Shown in pieces: positions 1 to 8,382 of a stretch of DNA of 64,000 nucleotides; position 1 is the stretch's first letter, and every line of letters begins with the position of its first letter. Both the position numbers and the translations under genes were made by a program. Location: contig JAWODG010000026.1 in the NCBI GenBank assembly GCA_046483385.1, forward strand, positions 26,816-90,815, given 5' to 3'. Below the pieces are notes generated by a model. The model saw nothing but the letters and a program-made list of their open reading frames with translations, made no database searches and was not told the DNA's origin. The DNA comes from Candidatus Brocadiia bacterium (GTDB lineage: Bacteria; Planctomycetota; Brocadiia; SM23-32).

Positions 1-375
1 CGTGCGGACCGCAACGTTGGACTCCTCGTCCGGGCCGACGGGCGCGTCCGGGTGCGGAAGGTTGGGCAATTCCAGCAGCAATTCGTCAAGGGCTTCCCGT
101 GTCTTCTCGGCTTCCGCGTCCAGCTCCTGGATGCCTTTACCCACAGTGCGCATAAGTTCGATGAGCTGCTGCCTCTCCGCGCCTTCCTCCATACGCCCTA
201 TCCGCTGGGACTCCCGGTTACGCTCTGCTTTCAGCTCCTCTGACTCCGTCAGAAGCGAACGCCATTGCGCGTCCAGCTTCCGTACGCGTTCGACGGCATC
301 GGGGTCCCCGCCTGCCTTGCGGAGCCCGTCGCGCACGGTATCCGGGTCGTCACGAAACAGCCTGATGTCCAGCAT
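1..375 (-). CDS. serS: seryl-tRNA synthetase, N-terminal part (gene continues past left window edge)
   Basis: Reverse complement of 375..1 reads MLDIRLFRDDPDTVRDGLRKAGGDPDAVERVRKLDAQWRSLL...LELPNLPHPDAPVGPDEESNVAVRT with no stop to the edge. This matches the SerRS N-terminal coiled-coil arm. It is absent from the ORF track because it is open-ended. Confidence 0.8.
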   Translation of the reverse strand, partial: MLDIRLFRDDPDTVRDGLRKAGGDPDAVERVRKLDAQWRSLLTESEELKAERNRESQRIGRMEEGAERQQLIELMRTVGKGIQELDAEAEKTREALDELLLELPNLPHPDAPVGPDEESNVAVRT

Positions 376-490
376 TGTGGGGAACCTCGCTTGGGCTGCG
401 GGCTGCGGTCGGGAGCGGCTCTGCTCAGGCTGACTATCTTAAGGGCGAAAGCGCCGGCAAGTCAAAAGACCGTCCAGCGGGCACATCGGG

Positions 491-1588
491 TCACTCGTCG
501 CCGAATGACGTGCCGACGGCCCGGGCGGAAAGGACGAGGTCGCAATCGGGTTCGACGAGCCGCTGGCTGTCGGCCACGGTCGAGAGAGGCACCGGCACGA
601 TGTCCTGTCCCTGCACCCCGACCATAACGTCGAAGTTACCTTCGGCGGCCTGCATGAACGCGGCGCGGCCCAGCCGGGTGGCCAGCACGCGGTCATAAGC
701 CGTGGGGGAGCCGCCGCGCTGCACGTGACCCAGAACGACGGCCCGGCTCTCGATGTCGGTCAGCTCCTCGATGCGGGAAGCCAGCCAGACGCCGATGCCG
801 CCCAGACGGACCTTCTCGTGTGCTTCCTCCACACGCTGGCGCACCACGTATTCGCCGTCGGGCTGCTTAACCCCCTCGGAGACGACCACGATGCTGAACT
901 TTTTGCCGCGACTGCTGCGCTCCTCGACCGCCTCGCAAACTCGGTCCATCGTGTAGGGAATCTCGGGAATCAGTATGATGTCCCCGCCGCCGGCCATCCC
1001 CCCCACTAACGCCAGCCAGCCGGCGTAGCGGCCCATCGTCTCAAGCACCATCGCCCGGTGGTGGGACATGGCGGTTGTATGCAGCCGGTCAACCGCCTCA
1101 GTGATGACCTGCACCGCGCTGTCGAAGCCGAAGGTCACGTCCGTGCCGCAGATGTCGTTGTCGATGGTCTTGGGCACGCCCACTACGGGGACGCCTTTCT
1201 GCCCCAGCCGGTGGGCGATGCTCAGTGTGCCGTCTCCGCCGATGCAAAAAAGCACGTCGAGACCGGCTCTACGGAAGTTCTCCACACAGCGGTCGGAGAC
1301 GTCTCCGCCCTCGCCCTCCTCGCCGGGCTCGATGTAGGCGAAAGGATTCGCCCGGTTGGAGGTGCCCAGTATCGTGCCGCCGAGAGTCAGTATTCCGCTG
1401 ACATCGTCGTAGTTCAGGCGGGTCATCCGGTTCTTGATCAGGCCGTAGTAGCCGTCGAAGATGCCGTAGGCCTCGACGCCGTACTGCAGAAGCCCCGTCT
1501 TAACGACTGCGCGAATGACGGCGTTCAGGCCCGGACAATCCCCGCCGCCGGTCAGCACACCTATGCGTCCGATGGAATCCCGCGCCAT
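491..1588 (-). CDS. pfkA: 6-phosphofructokinase (ATP- vs PPi-dependence not decidable)
   Basis: 365-aa ORF with the PfkA-family motifs IGVLTGGGDCPGLNAVIR, FCIGGDGT and PKTIDNDI. Confidence 0.9.
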   Translation of the reverse strand: MARDSIGRIGVLTGGGDCPGLNAVIRAVVKTGLLQYGVEAYGIFDGYYGLIKNRMTRLNYDDVSGILTLGGTILGTSNRANPFAYIEPGEEGEGGDVSDRCVENFRRAGLDVLFCIGGDGTLSIAHRLGQKGVPVVGVPKTIDNDICGTDVTFGFDSAVQVITEAVDRLHTTAMSHHRAMVLETMGRYAGWLALVGGMAGGGDIILIPEIPYTMDRVCEAVEERSSRGKKFSIVVVSEGVKQPDGEYVVRQRVEEAHEKVRLGGIGVWLASRIEELTDIESRAVVLGHVQRGGSPTAYDRVLATRLGRAAFMQAAEGNFDVMVGVQGQDIVPVPLSTVADSQRLVEPDCDLVLSARAVGTSFGDE

Positions 1589-1745
1589 GGGTTATCTCCA
1601 AACTGAGTTCGTGCCAGCTCGTTCCGCTGCTGTCGCCGAGAAACGCGGACACCCAACCAGCAACTAACAACTACAAACGATCAACTATTGACCGGGGCTT
1701 TGTGGCGACCCACCGAAGCCGCGTCACCTCTGCTGCCCATCGGTG

Positions 1746-2792
1746 TCACTCGTGCGGCTTGACCAGCACCTTCAGCCCTTCCTTCGCCTCGGCCGTCTCC
1801 AGCGCGTCCTCTATCTGGTCAAGCGGGAAGACGTGCGTGATGACCTTCCGTGTATCCACCCGGCCGGAGGCGATCAGCGAGAGGGCCTTGTGGTTCTGCA
1901 GCGGCGTCGAACCGTGATTGCCCACGAGCGTGAGCTCCTCGTAATGAACCCGGTTGCTGTCGAAGCTGATGGCCCCGCTGCCGCGAGGCAGGCCGCCGAA
2001 GTAGTTGAGGCGCCCGCGCGGCGCGACCAGCGGGACGGCTTGCTCCTGCGCGGCCGCCGAACCGCAGGCGACAATTACCACGTCGGCTCCACGATCTTCG
2101 GTCACCCCCATGATCTCGGCGCGGAGGTCGGATTCTTCGCTGTTGAAATACCCGTCCGCGTCGGCGGCCTCCGCGAGCCGGAGCCGTTCGCCAGAGATGT
2201 CGGCCATATAAACACCCCGGGCGCCGAGCGCCCGCGCCAGCATGGCGTTCAGGCACCCTATCGGACCGCAACCGATGATCAGCACCCTATCGCCGGGCCC
2301 GACCTCCAGTCGCTCCTGCGCGTTGAGACAGCACGCCAGCGGCTCGGTCAGCGCCGCGGCCTCCGAGCTGAGACCGTCGGGCAGTTTGTTAATGGAACCG
2401 TTCCGGACGGCCGCCGGCGGAACAAGGAGGTACTCCGCGAACCCGCCGTCCCACGTGGAACCGATGTCCAGTATGTTCTGGCAGACAGTGCTGTGGCCGC
2501 GGCGACAGTAGAGGCACGAGCCGCACGGCACGGCCGGGGCCACGGTCACGCGCTCGCTGTCGTAGTAGCCGCGGACCTCCTGGCCGACCTGGACAATCGT
2601 GCCCGCCAGTTCGTGGCCGAGTATGACGGGAAGGTCCATCATGGAGTGGCCGTGGCGCAGGGCCTTCACGTCGGTTCCGCAGACGGCGCAGGCGTCCACC
2701 CGGATCAAGACGGTGTCGTCGGCGCACTCGGGGTTGTCCACCTCGCGCAGGTGTATCTCGTCGACTCCTTCCAGAACGGCAGCTTTCATCAC
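1746..2792 (-). CDS. zinc-dependent medium-chain alcohol/polyol dehydrogenase (MDR family)
   Basis: Contains GHELAG, a catalytic CGTD, the structural-zinc cluster CGSCLYCRRGHSTVC and the Rossmann motif IIGCGPIG. Confidence 0.85.
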   Translation of the reverse strand: MMKAAVLEGVDEIHLREVDNPECADDTVLIRVDACAVCGTDVKALRHGHSMMDLPVILGHELAGTIVQVGQEVRGYYDSERVTVAPAVPCGSCLYCRRGHSTVCQNILDIGSTWDGGFAEYLLVPPAAVRNGSINKLPDGLSSEAAALTEPLACCLNAQERLEVGPGDRVLIIGCGPIGCLNAMLARALGARGVYMADISGERLRLAEAADADGYFNSEESDLRAEIMGVTEDRGADVVIVACGSAAAQEQAVPLVAPRGRLNYFGGLPRGSGAISFDSNRVHYEELTLVGNHGSTPLQNHKALSLIASGRVDTRKVITHVFPLDQIEDALETAEAKEGLKVLVKPHE

Positions 2793-2827
2793 TGACCTCC
2801 AAAAACCAGTTCCTGCCCCGCAGCGTT

Positions 2828-3823
2828 CTACTGCCTGAGCAGATGCGCCCCGTCCCGCAGCAGGTTCAGCAACTCCCTCTGCAGCCCGGGGTCATCATCA
2901 AGTCCGTCCACCACGAGCGGTACGACGTGCTCCCGCGCGCCCACGCTTCGGGCCGCCGGCATCAGGTCCGTCACGTACCGCGCCCACTCCCGCAGGTCGG
3001 CCCGAAACTCCGGGCCTCGCGCCAGCAGGACCGTCGGCCGCCCGAGCAGTCGGCACAGCGATACGTCCGCTTCGGCTTCTTCCCGTGCGTAGCCACTTAT
3101 TTCCGCCCAGAAGCACTGCTTGTCCGGTGGCAATGCCACGCAGACCAGCCGGCGCTCGCCCATTCGCAACGGGTCCTCGGCCTCTTCGCCCGCGAAACGA
3201 CGGTTCTCTTTCTGCACGTCCCGCGCCCGCTCCAAATGACGAGCCAGTAGCCCTTCTATGTTCTCCTCCATCAACTCCCCGGCCGCTTCCGCCAGCGCGT
3301 AGCGGTCGGCCTTCAATGACGTGAGCACCGTCCGCAGCGGCTCATTCCAGTCGGCCTCATCGACGGTCAGTTTACTGGCTGCAAAGTGGGTCAGAGCTTC
3401 CTCGTAATCGTCCTCCGGCGCCCCGAGGCTCCGCCGCACGAGCCCGGCCACTGATTCAGCCGTCTCCGACACGATCAGTCTTTCGTCGCCTATCATGTGG
3501 CCGACCGCGCGGCGGTCCTCCGGCCGCCAGGGGGCGGCGCTAAACCACCGCACCTCGCCGAAGAAGTGCCGCAGGTTCTCCATCAACTGCGGGCGCACGA
3601 GACGGCCGTCCCAGTCGATGTGCACCACTTCGACACCGCACAGCACCAGCGTGTAGCCGCGGGGCAACTTCCGCTGCACTTCGCTTTCGAAGAACTGTGG
3701 CAGCTCCTGCGAATCGAAGACCAGCACCTCCGTGCGACCCTCGGCCGCGCGCCCCGCCAGAGCGGCGGCCACCACCGGATCAACCTCCGGTGCCGCCACA
3801 GTTACCGTGTACTGTTCTGCCAT
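2828..3823 (-). CDS. hypothetical protein, co-oriented 47 nt downstream of the DUF1998 helicase
   Basis: 331-aa ORF with normal (not R/G/P-junk) composition and an acidic central helical region. I recognise no catalytic motif. Confidence 0.6.
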   Translation of the reverse strand: MAEQYTVTVAAPEVDPVVAAALAGRAAEGRTEVLVFDSQELPQFFESEVQRKLPRGYTLVLCGVEVVHIDWDGRLVRPQLMENLRHFFGEVRWFSAAPWRPEDRRAVGHMIGDERLIVSETAESVAGLVRRSLGAPEDDYEEALTHFAASKLTVDEADWNEPLRTVLTSLKADRYALAEAAGELMEENIEGLLARHLERARDVQKENRRFAGEEAEDPLRMGERRLVCVALPPDKQCFWAEISGYAREEAEADVSLCRLLGRPTVLLARGPEFRADLREWARYVTDLMPAARSVGAREHVVPLVVDGLDDDPGLQRELLNLLRDGAHLLRQ

Positions 3824-3870
3824 CTGGATTGCTCTGCGAAGTCGTGCGGTGCCCCGGCCGCGAAAGAACG

Positions 3871-6306
3871 CTATTGTAGCTGATCGCGTATATTTCTTTC
3901 AATGCGGGCCGGAAGCTCCTTGTGGGGTCTGCGTTGAGCGGGCTCCTCCGCGGGCCCACCGCTCTCCTCAGAGGGCGGCGCGTACTTCGGCACGTACGGT
4001 TCCATCTCCAGCAGGTGATGCAGAAGGACGAGCGCGGCCTCCTTGTCGGGGATGTTTCCCCGTGTGCCGCTCTCGACCGCTGAGAAAGCCGAAGGCGGCA
4101 CGGCCGCCCCGACGCATGAGAGGCAGCCGGTGCGGCATTCGCAACCGTGTATCAGGTCCACGACCGCCTGCATTATCTCCTCGGTCAGCTCGTAGGCCTT
4201 CTCGCTGAAACCCATCCCCTGCGGGTACTTGTCGAACACGAACAGCGTCGGGCTGTCCAGGTTCGAGGAGTCCACGACTGTGCCGATGTCGACCGGATCG
4301 CACATGACGAACAGGGGGACGACCTCTATCAGCACGTTGGCGATGCCCACGAGTCCTTCGGCCGGTTCCCGGCCATACTTGCGGGTCAAACGGAGGGCCG
4401 CCTCGGGCGGCAGTGTCCACCACGCCATCGTCTGCAGATCGCGCGGCGGGAGGTCCAACTCCTCATAGCCGATACTCTCCCGCGACCCGAAGCGCACCTT
4501 CTTGAACATGGTAACTGTCGACGTCACGGTCACCGGCGCCAGACCCGTCTCGCTGACACGCCAGTCATCCCGGCTCATCTCGGAGCGCTCATCGATCCGG
4601 ATGCTTGCCTCGGTGATGGCCTGTGTGAAGTAGTCAACGTCTTCGCGCCTGACAAAGGCGATCTTGTTGTCCACGTCCAGCTCCTCCACGAAATAGGTTT
4701 CCCCGGCGTGGAGGTAAACGGCGTGGTCGTGAACCTGCGAAAAGGCGCCGGTTTCGTCCACGGTGCCCACCACCCGGTCCTCGTCGCGGTCCATGATGGT
4801 GTAGGTGGTGTCGCTGATGCTGCGGAGGTTGACCTTTGAGGCCGGATAGCCCTGCCCGGTCCAGTACCACCGGTCCTCGATGCGGCGCGCCATGCGGTGC
4901 TCCGCCATCAGGCCCAGCAAGGCTTCGGTGTACTCGCCGAACAGGTCACCCTCCTTTGCTTTCAGAGGAAGCTCGTGCACGGCGGTGCGCAGGTGGCCGA
5001 GGGCCACGTAGACGTTGTCCGGGTCGGTGACGGCGTTCTCGGGGCTTTGCTCGAACAGGTAATGCGTGTTGTGCATCAGGTACTGGTCAACGGGCGCATT
5101 CTGGGCCACGAGGAAGACGACCGATTCCTCCGTCCCCCGCCCCGCCCGGCCGGCCTGCTGCCACGTGCTGGCGATAGTGCCGGGGTAGCCGACGACGATG
5201 CAAGCGTCCAAACTGCCAATGTCGATGCCGAGCTCCAGCGCGTTGGTGCTGGCCACTCCGAGCAGTTCCCGGGTCGGCAGTTTCCGCTCGACCTCTCGCC
5301 GCTCCTCGGGCAGATAGCCGCCCCGGTATGCCTGTACGGCGTCCGCCAGCCGGGGACTGACACCCGCCAGTTCCTGTCGGCAGGCCTTCAGAAGCCGCTC
5401 GGTGCCGTTGCGCGTCCTGGAGAACGCGATGACCTGGATGTCGTCCTTTATCAGTTCCGTCATCAAGGTGACCGCCTCGGTGAGCGGGCTGCGCCGGCCC
5501 GCGAACTGCCCGAGGCGCGGGGGGTTCCACAGGACGAAGTACTTCCCTCCCGCCGGCGATCCGTCCTCATCGATGAGAGTCATGGGCCGGTTCGTCAACC
5601 GTTCCGCGTGGTCATCCGGATTCGCTATGGTGGCCGACGAGCAGACGAAACGGGGTTCGGCCCCGTAATGGGAAGAGATGCGCCGCAGCCGGCGCATGAC
5701 GTTGGCCACGTTCGAGCCGAAAAGGCCGCGGTAGGTGTGCACCTCGTCCAGGACCACGTAGCGCAGATGCGCGAAGAAGCGGCTCCACCGCCCGTGGTTG
5801 GGCAGGATGCCCTGGTGGAGCATGTCGGGGTTGGTGAGGATGAGGGTAGCGCTGTCGCGCAGGCGCCGGCGCAGTTCCGGCGGCGTGTCCCCATCGTACG
5901 TGCCCGCCATGGCGGAGACGTCCGGGCACTTGTCCTTCAGCTCTTCCAGCATCCTGAGCTGGTCCTGGGCGAGCGCCTTGGTGGGATAGATGAACAGGGA
6001 CGTGCTGCGGGGGTCATCCAGAATGCTCTCGAACACGGGCAGCAGGTAGCAGAGCGTCTTGCCGCTGGCCGTGGAGGTCACAACCACGAAGTCTTCACCG
6101 CGTGCGGCGCAGTCCACCGCGCGGGCCTGATGCACGTAAAGCTGTCCGATGCCGGCCTGCTGCATCATCTTCCGCAGCGGCGCGGGGATGGGATGCTCAG
6201 GTTCGGCGTAGGTCGCCTCCCGCGGCGGCAGCTTGCGCACGGACGCTATCTGGTCCCGGTACCACGGGGACTCTTCAATGTGCCTCAGGAAACGTTCTGC
6301 ATCCAT
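3871..6306 (-). CDS. DEAD/DEAH-box helicase with C-terminal DUF1998/MZB four-Cys domain (YprA/MrfA family)
   Basis: Walker A TSTASGKT, DEVH box (VLDEVHTY), motif VI QQAGRAGRG and the C-terminal cluster HGCECRTGCLSC. The 811-aa length fits the family. Confidence 0.85.
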   Translation of the reverse strand: MDAERFLRHIEESPWYRDQIASVRKLPPREATYAEPEHPIPAPLRKMMQQAGIGQLYVHQARAVDCAARGEDFVVVTSTASGKTLCYLLPVFESILDDPRSTSLFIYPTKALAQDQLRMLEELKDKCPDVSAMAGTYDGDTPPELRRRLRDSATLILTNPDMLHQGILPNHGRWSRFFAHLRYVVLDEVHTYRGLFGSNVANVMRRLRRISSHYGAEPRFVCSSATIANPDDHAERLTNRPMTLIDEDGSPAGGKYFVLWNPPRLGQFAGRRSPLTEAVTLMTELIKDDIQVIAFSRTRNGTERLLKACRQELAGVSPRLADAVQAYRGGYLPEERREVERKLPTRELLGVASTNALELGIDIGSLDACIVVGYPGTIASTWQQAGRAGRGTEESVVFLVAQNAPVDQYLMHNTHYLFEQSPENAVTDPDNVYVALGHLRTAVHELPLKAKEGDLFGEYTEALLGLMAEHRMARRIEDRWYWTGQGYPASKVNLRSISDTTYTIMDRDEDRVVGTVDETGAFSQVHDHAVYLHAGETYFVEELDVDNKIAFVRREDVDYFTQAITEASIRIDERSEMSRDDWRVSETGLAPVTVTSTVTMFKKVRFGSRESIGYEELDLPPRDLQTMAWWTLPPEAALRLTRKYGREPAEGLVGIANVLIEVVPLFVMCDPVDIGTVVDSSNLDSPTLFVFDKYPQGMGFSEKAYELTEEIMQAVVDLIHGCECRTGCLSCVGAAVPPSAFSAVESGTRGNIPDKEAALVLLHHLLEMEPYVPKYAPPSEESGGPAEEPAQRRPHKELPARIERNIRDQLQ

Positions 6307-6310
6307 CGGG

Positions 6311-6775
6311 TTACGACTCCGCTGGTTCTTCCGCCGCCACGCTGTATGCGTAGACCGCCTCTTCCTGTTCCCACGTCTCGATGGAGCCGCCCCTGAGCCG
6401 GCGGATCTCCCGAATCGCCTCGTCCGGGTCCATGCCCGTATGGACCAGGTAGCACGCTATCATGGTTCCCGTGCGGCCCTTGCCGGCCAAACAATGCACG
6501 GCCACGCCTTCGCCCTCCTGGATGTGCTCGTCGCAAAACCGCACGAACTCATGAATCTGCTCCAGCTCGGGAGGCCGAAACTCCCCCACCGGGAGTCTCA
6601 GGTAATCCAGACCGTGCTCCTTCATCTCGTCCTGCGGCAGGCGGCGAGTCGTCAGGTTCACCACCCCTCCCACGCCCTTTTGCCGGAGCTCGTCCCAGTC
6701 TTCGGGCCAGCCGTCTGGCATGGCCATCCCGGCCAGCTTGCCTTCGATAACCCAACTGAACCCGTAGATTGACAT
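6311..6775 (-). CDS. Cys-based dual-specificity/protein-tyrosine-phosphatase-fold phosphatase
   Basis: HCX5R(S/T) P-loop VHCLAGKGRTGT in a 154-aa protein. There is a 4-nt gap to the helicase start. Confidence 0.8.
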   Translation of the reverse strand: MSIYGFSWVIEGKLAGMAMPDGWPEDWDELRQKGVGGVVNLTTRRLPQDEMKEHGLDYLRLPVGEFRPPELEQIHEFVRFCDEHIQEGEGVAVHCLAGKGRTGTMIACYLVHTGMDPDEAIREIRRLRGGSIETWEQEEAVYAYSVAAEEPAES

Positions 6776-6780
6776 ACCGT

Positions 6781-7359
6781 TTACTCCGAGGGATAGAACT
6801 CCCGGATCATCTCTTCCAGCTCCTCGAGCGGAAGCCCCATGACGGCTGCCTCGCTCCCCTCAAGCCCAATGACGTTGGGATCGTCCGGCTGGAGGGCATA
6901 GGCACCCGCCCGCTGCAACGCACCGTCCCGCTCGGCCAGTGCACGGAGCTGCTCCTCGCTCAACCGCCTCATGCGTATTTCCGTCTCGACGCATCGCAGG
7001 CGCTCCGGTCCCTCCGGCGCGCGCACGCAGACACCGGTCAGAACCCTGTGCGGGCGTCGCGTGAGCTTCCGCAGGATGCGCAGAGCGTCTGCTCGGTCTT
7101 CGGGCTTGCCGATGATCTCACCGTCGCAGACCGCCACGGTGTCCGCGGCCACAACGAGCGCCTCCGGTCGCTGTCGCGCCACCTGTTGTGCTTTGCGGCG
7201 CGCCAGTTCCCGAACCAGATCCTCGGGGGGCTTTCCTGCGAGATCACCTTCCTCCACGTCGGGCGGGACGACCTCGAACTCCCTCGTTATGCGGGCCAAT
7301 AGCCTGCGCCGCGTCTCGGAGGCGCTTGCCAGCACAAGGGGCACGGACAACTCAATCAC
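6781..7359 (-). CDS. maf: Maf-like nucleoside triphosphate pyrophosphatase
   Basis: N-terminal LVLASASETRRRLL, central AADTVAVCDGEIIGKP and RPHRVLTGV are typical Maf/YhdE motifs. Confidence 0.85.
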   Translation of the reverse strand: MIELSVPLVLASASETRRRLLARITREFEVVPPDVEEGDLAGKPPEDLVRELARRKAQQVARQRPEALVVAADTVAVCDGEIIGKPEDRADALRILRKLTRRPHRVLTGVCVRAPEGPERLRCVETEIRMRRLSEEQLRALAERDGALQRAGAYALQPDDPNVIGLEGSEAAVMGLPLEELEEMIREFYPSE

Positions 7360-8198
7360 GGCACCACCTCGACCCGGTGGGCCCCCGAAGCTTCGGGACC
7401 CGTATCTGCGGGGTCCTCTTCAGCCGTGTGGGCTTCCGACCCCGGAATACCTGAGCGCCCTGCCGCAACGGACGGTCGAGGCTCGGAGGACCGGGCGGCG
7501 TTCACCTGCGCTTCCGTCTCGCGCATCTTCTGGCGGCAGCGCTCCCGGAGTCGGCCGGACTCCGGCGCCGCTTCGAGCGCCTTGCGGTATGCTTTCAGCG
7601 CAAGGGACAGCCGCCCACGCTTCCTGTAGCACTCGGCCAGCTCGCCCCAGACCGTCATGGGAACCGGATTGAACCGCCTGGCGTTTCGCATCAGGAACAG
7701 GTTGGCTTCCTCCGTATTAACAACGTCCCGTCTGCGGGGCACCATGCTCTGCCCCTCCGCCAGCAACAGCATCTCGACCTGCGGCAACCCGGAGCGGAGG
7801 TAGATGGGCAGCGAGCGCGTGTAATCCTCCAGCCGGACGTCCGGCCGGGCGCTCAGAAGGTAATGCCAGTAGTGCATCATCCGCGCCGGCAGACCCTCCT
7901 GCCGAGCGGCTTCCCCCAGGGCCCACAAAGCATCGTCGGCCCACTCCGAGCGCGGATGGTCCTTGACGATGGACTCAAGGAGACGGACCTTCTCGTCGGG
8001 CGGCATCTCCTCGGTCCACACCCGGCGAAAGACCCGGCCCGCCTTCTCGGAATCCTGCGGAGTGGGTGCGGTGGCCGCTCGTTGCGCTGGCGAACCGCCG
8101 GGCGACGTGCGGGGAGCGAGGCCGGGCGGCTCCGTGCCCGCACGCACGGGCGCCCCGACCAAAGCCAGTAACGCCAACACTATCAGAATGCGCCTCAT
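7356..8198 (-). CDS. secreted helical-repeat (TPR-like) protein
   Basis: Signal peptide MRRILIVLALLALVGAPVRAG. The rest is repeat-like helical sequence (e.g. CYRKRGRLSLALKAYRKALEAAPES). The 3' end overlaps the maf start by 4 nt. Confidence 0.6.
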   Translation of the reverse strand: MRRILIVLALLALVGAPVRAGTEPPGLAPRTSPGGSPAQRAATAPTPQDSEKAGRVFRRVWTEEMPPDEKVRLLESIVKDHPRSEWADDALWALGEAARQEGLPARMMHYWHYLLSARPDVRLEDYTRSLPIYLRSGLPQVEMLLLAEGQSMVPRRRDVVNTEEANLFLMRNARRFNPVPMTVWGELAECYRKRGRLSLALKAYRKALEAAPESGRLRERCRQKMRETEAQVNAARSSEPRPSVAAGRSGIPGSEAHTAEEDPADTGPEASGAHRVEVVP

Positions 8199-8382
8199 CG
8201 GCCGCCACCTTCACGCGGAACCGTCGAATGTACCAGGAAATGTCCCGTCCCCAATATAGCCCTCCGGCCGGCGCGCGTCAAACATTCAATCGCCTCAGGG
8301 GGCGTGTCCCCGCAGGGCAACAACGTCCGCGAGGCCTTCCGGGCGGCCCACGTCTTGACCGTGACCGGTCGTCTCATTTATC

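Noticed and set aside
2828-3823. Faint resemblance of the unknown 331-aa protein to a degenerate DHH phosphoesterase (APEVDP..., VVHIDWDG).
   Set aside because: The canonical DxD and DHH residues are not present, and the resemblance is too weak to assert without profile or structure comparison.
3871-6306. DUF1998 helicase considered as part of a DISARM/Dpd-like defence system.
   Set aside because: The size and motifs fit the housekeeping YprA/MrfA repair helicase. No adjacent methyltransferase, PLD nuclease, DUF1998-only gene or other defence partner is present, and the flanking genes are core metabolism.
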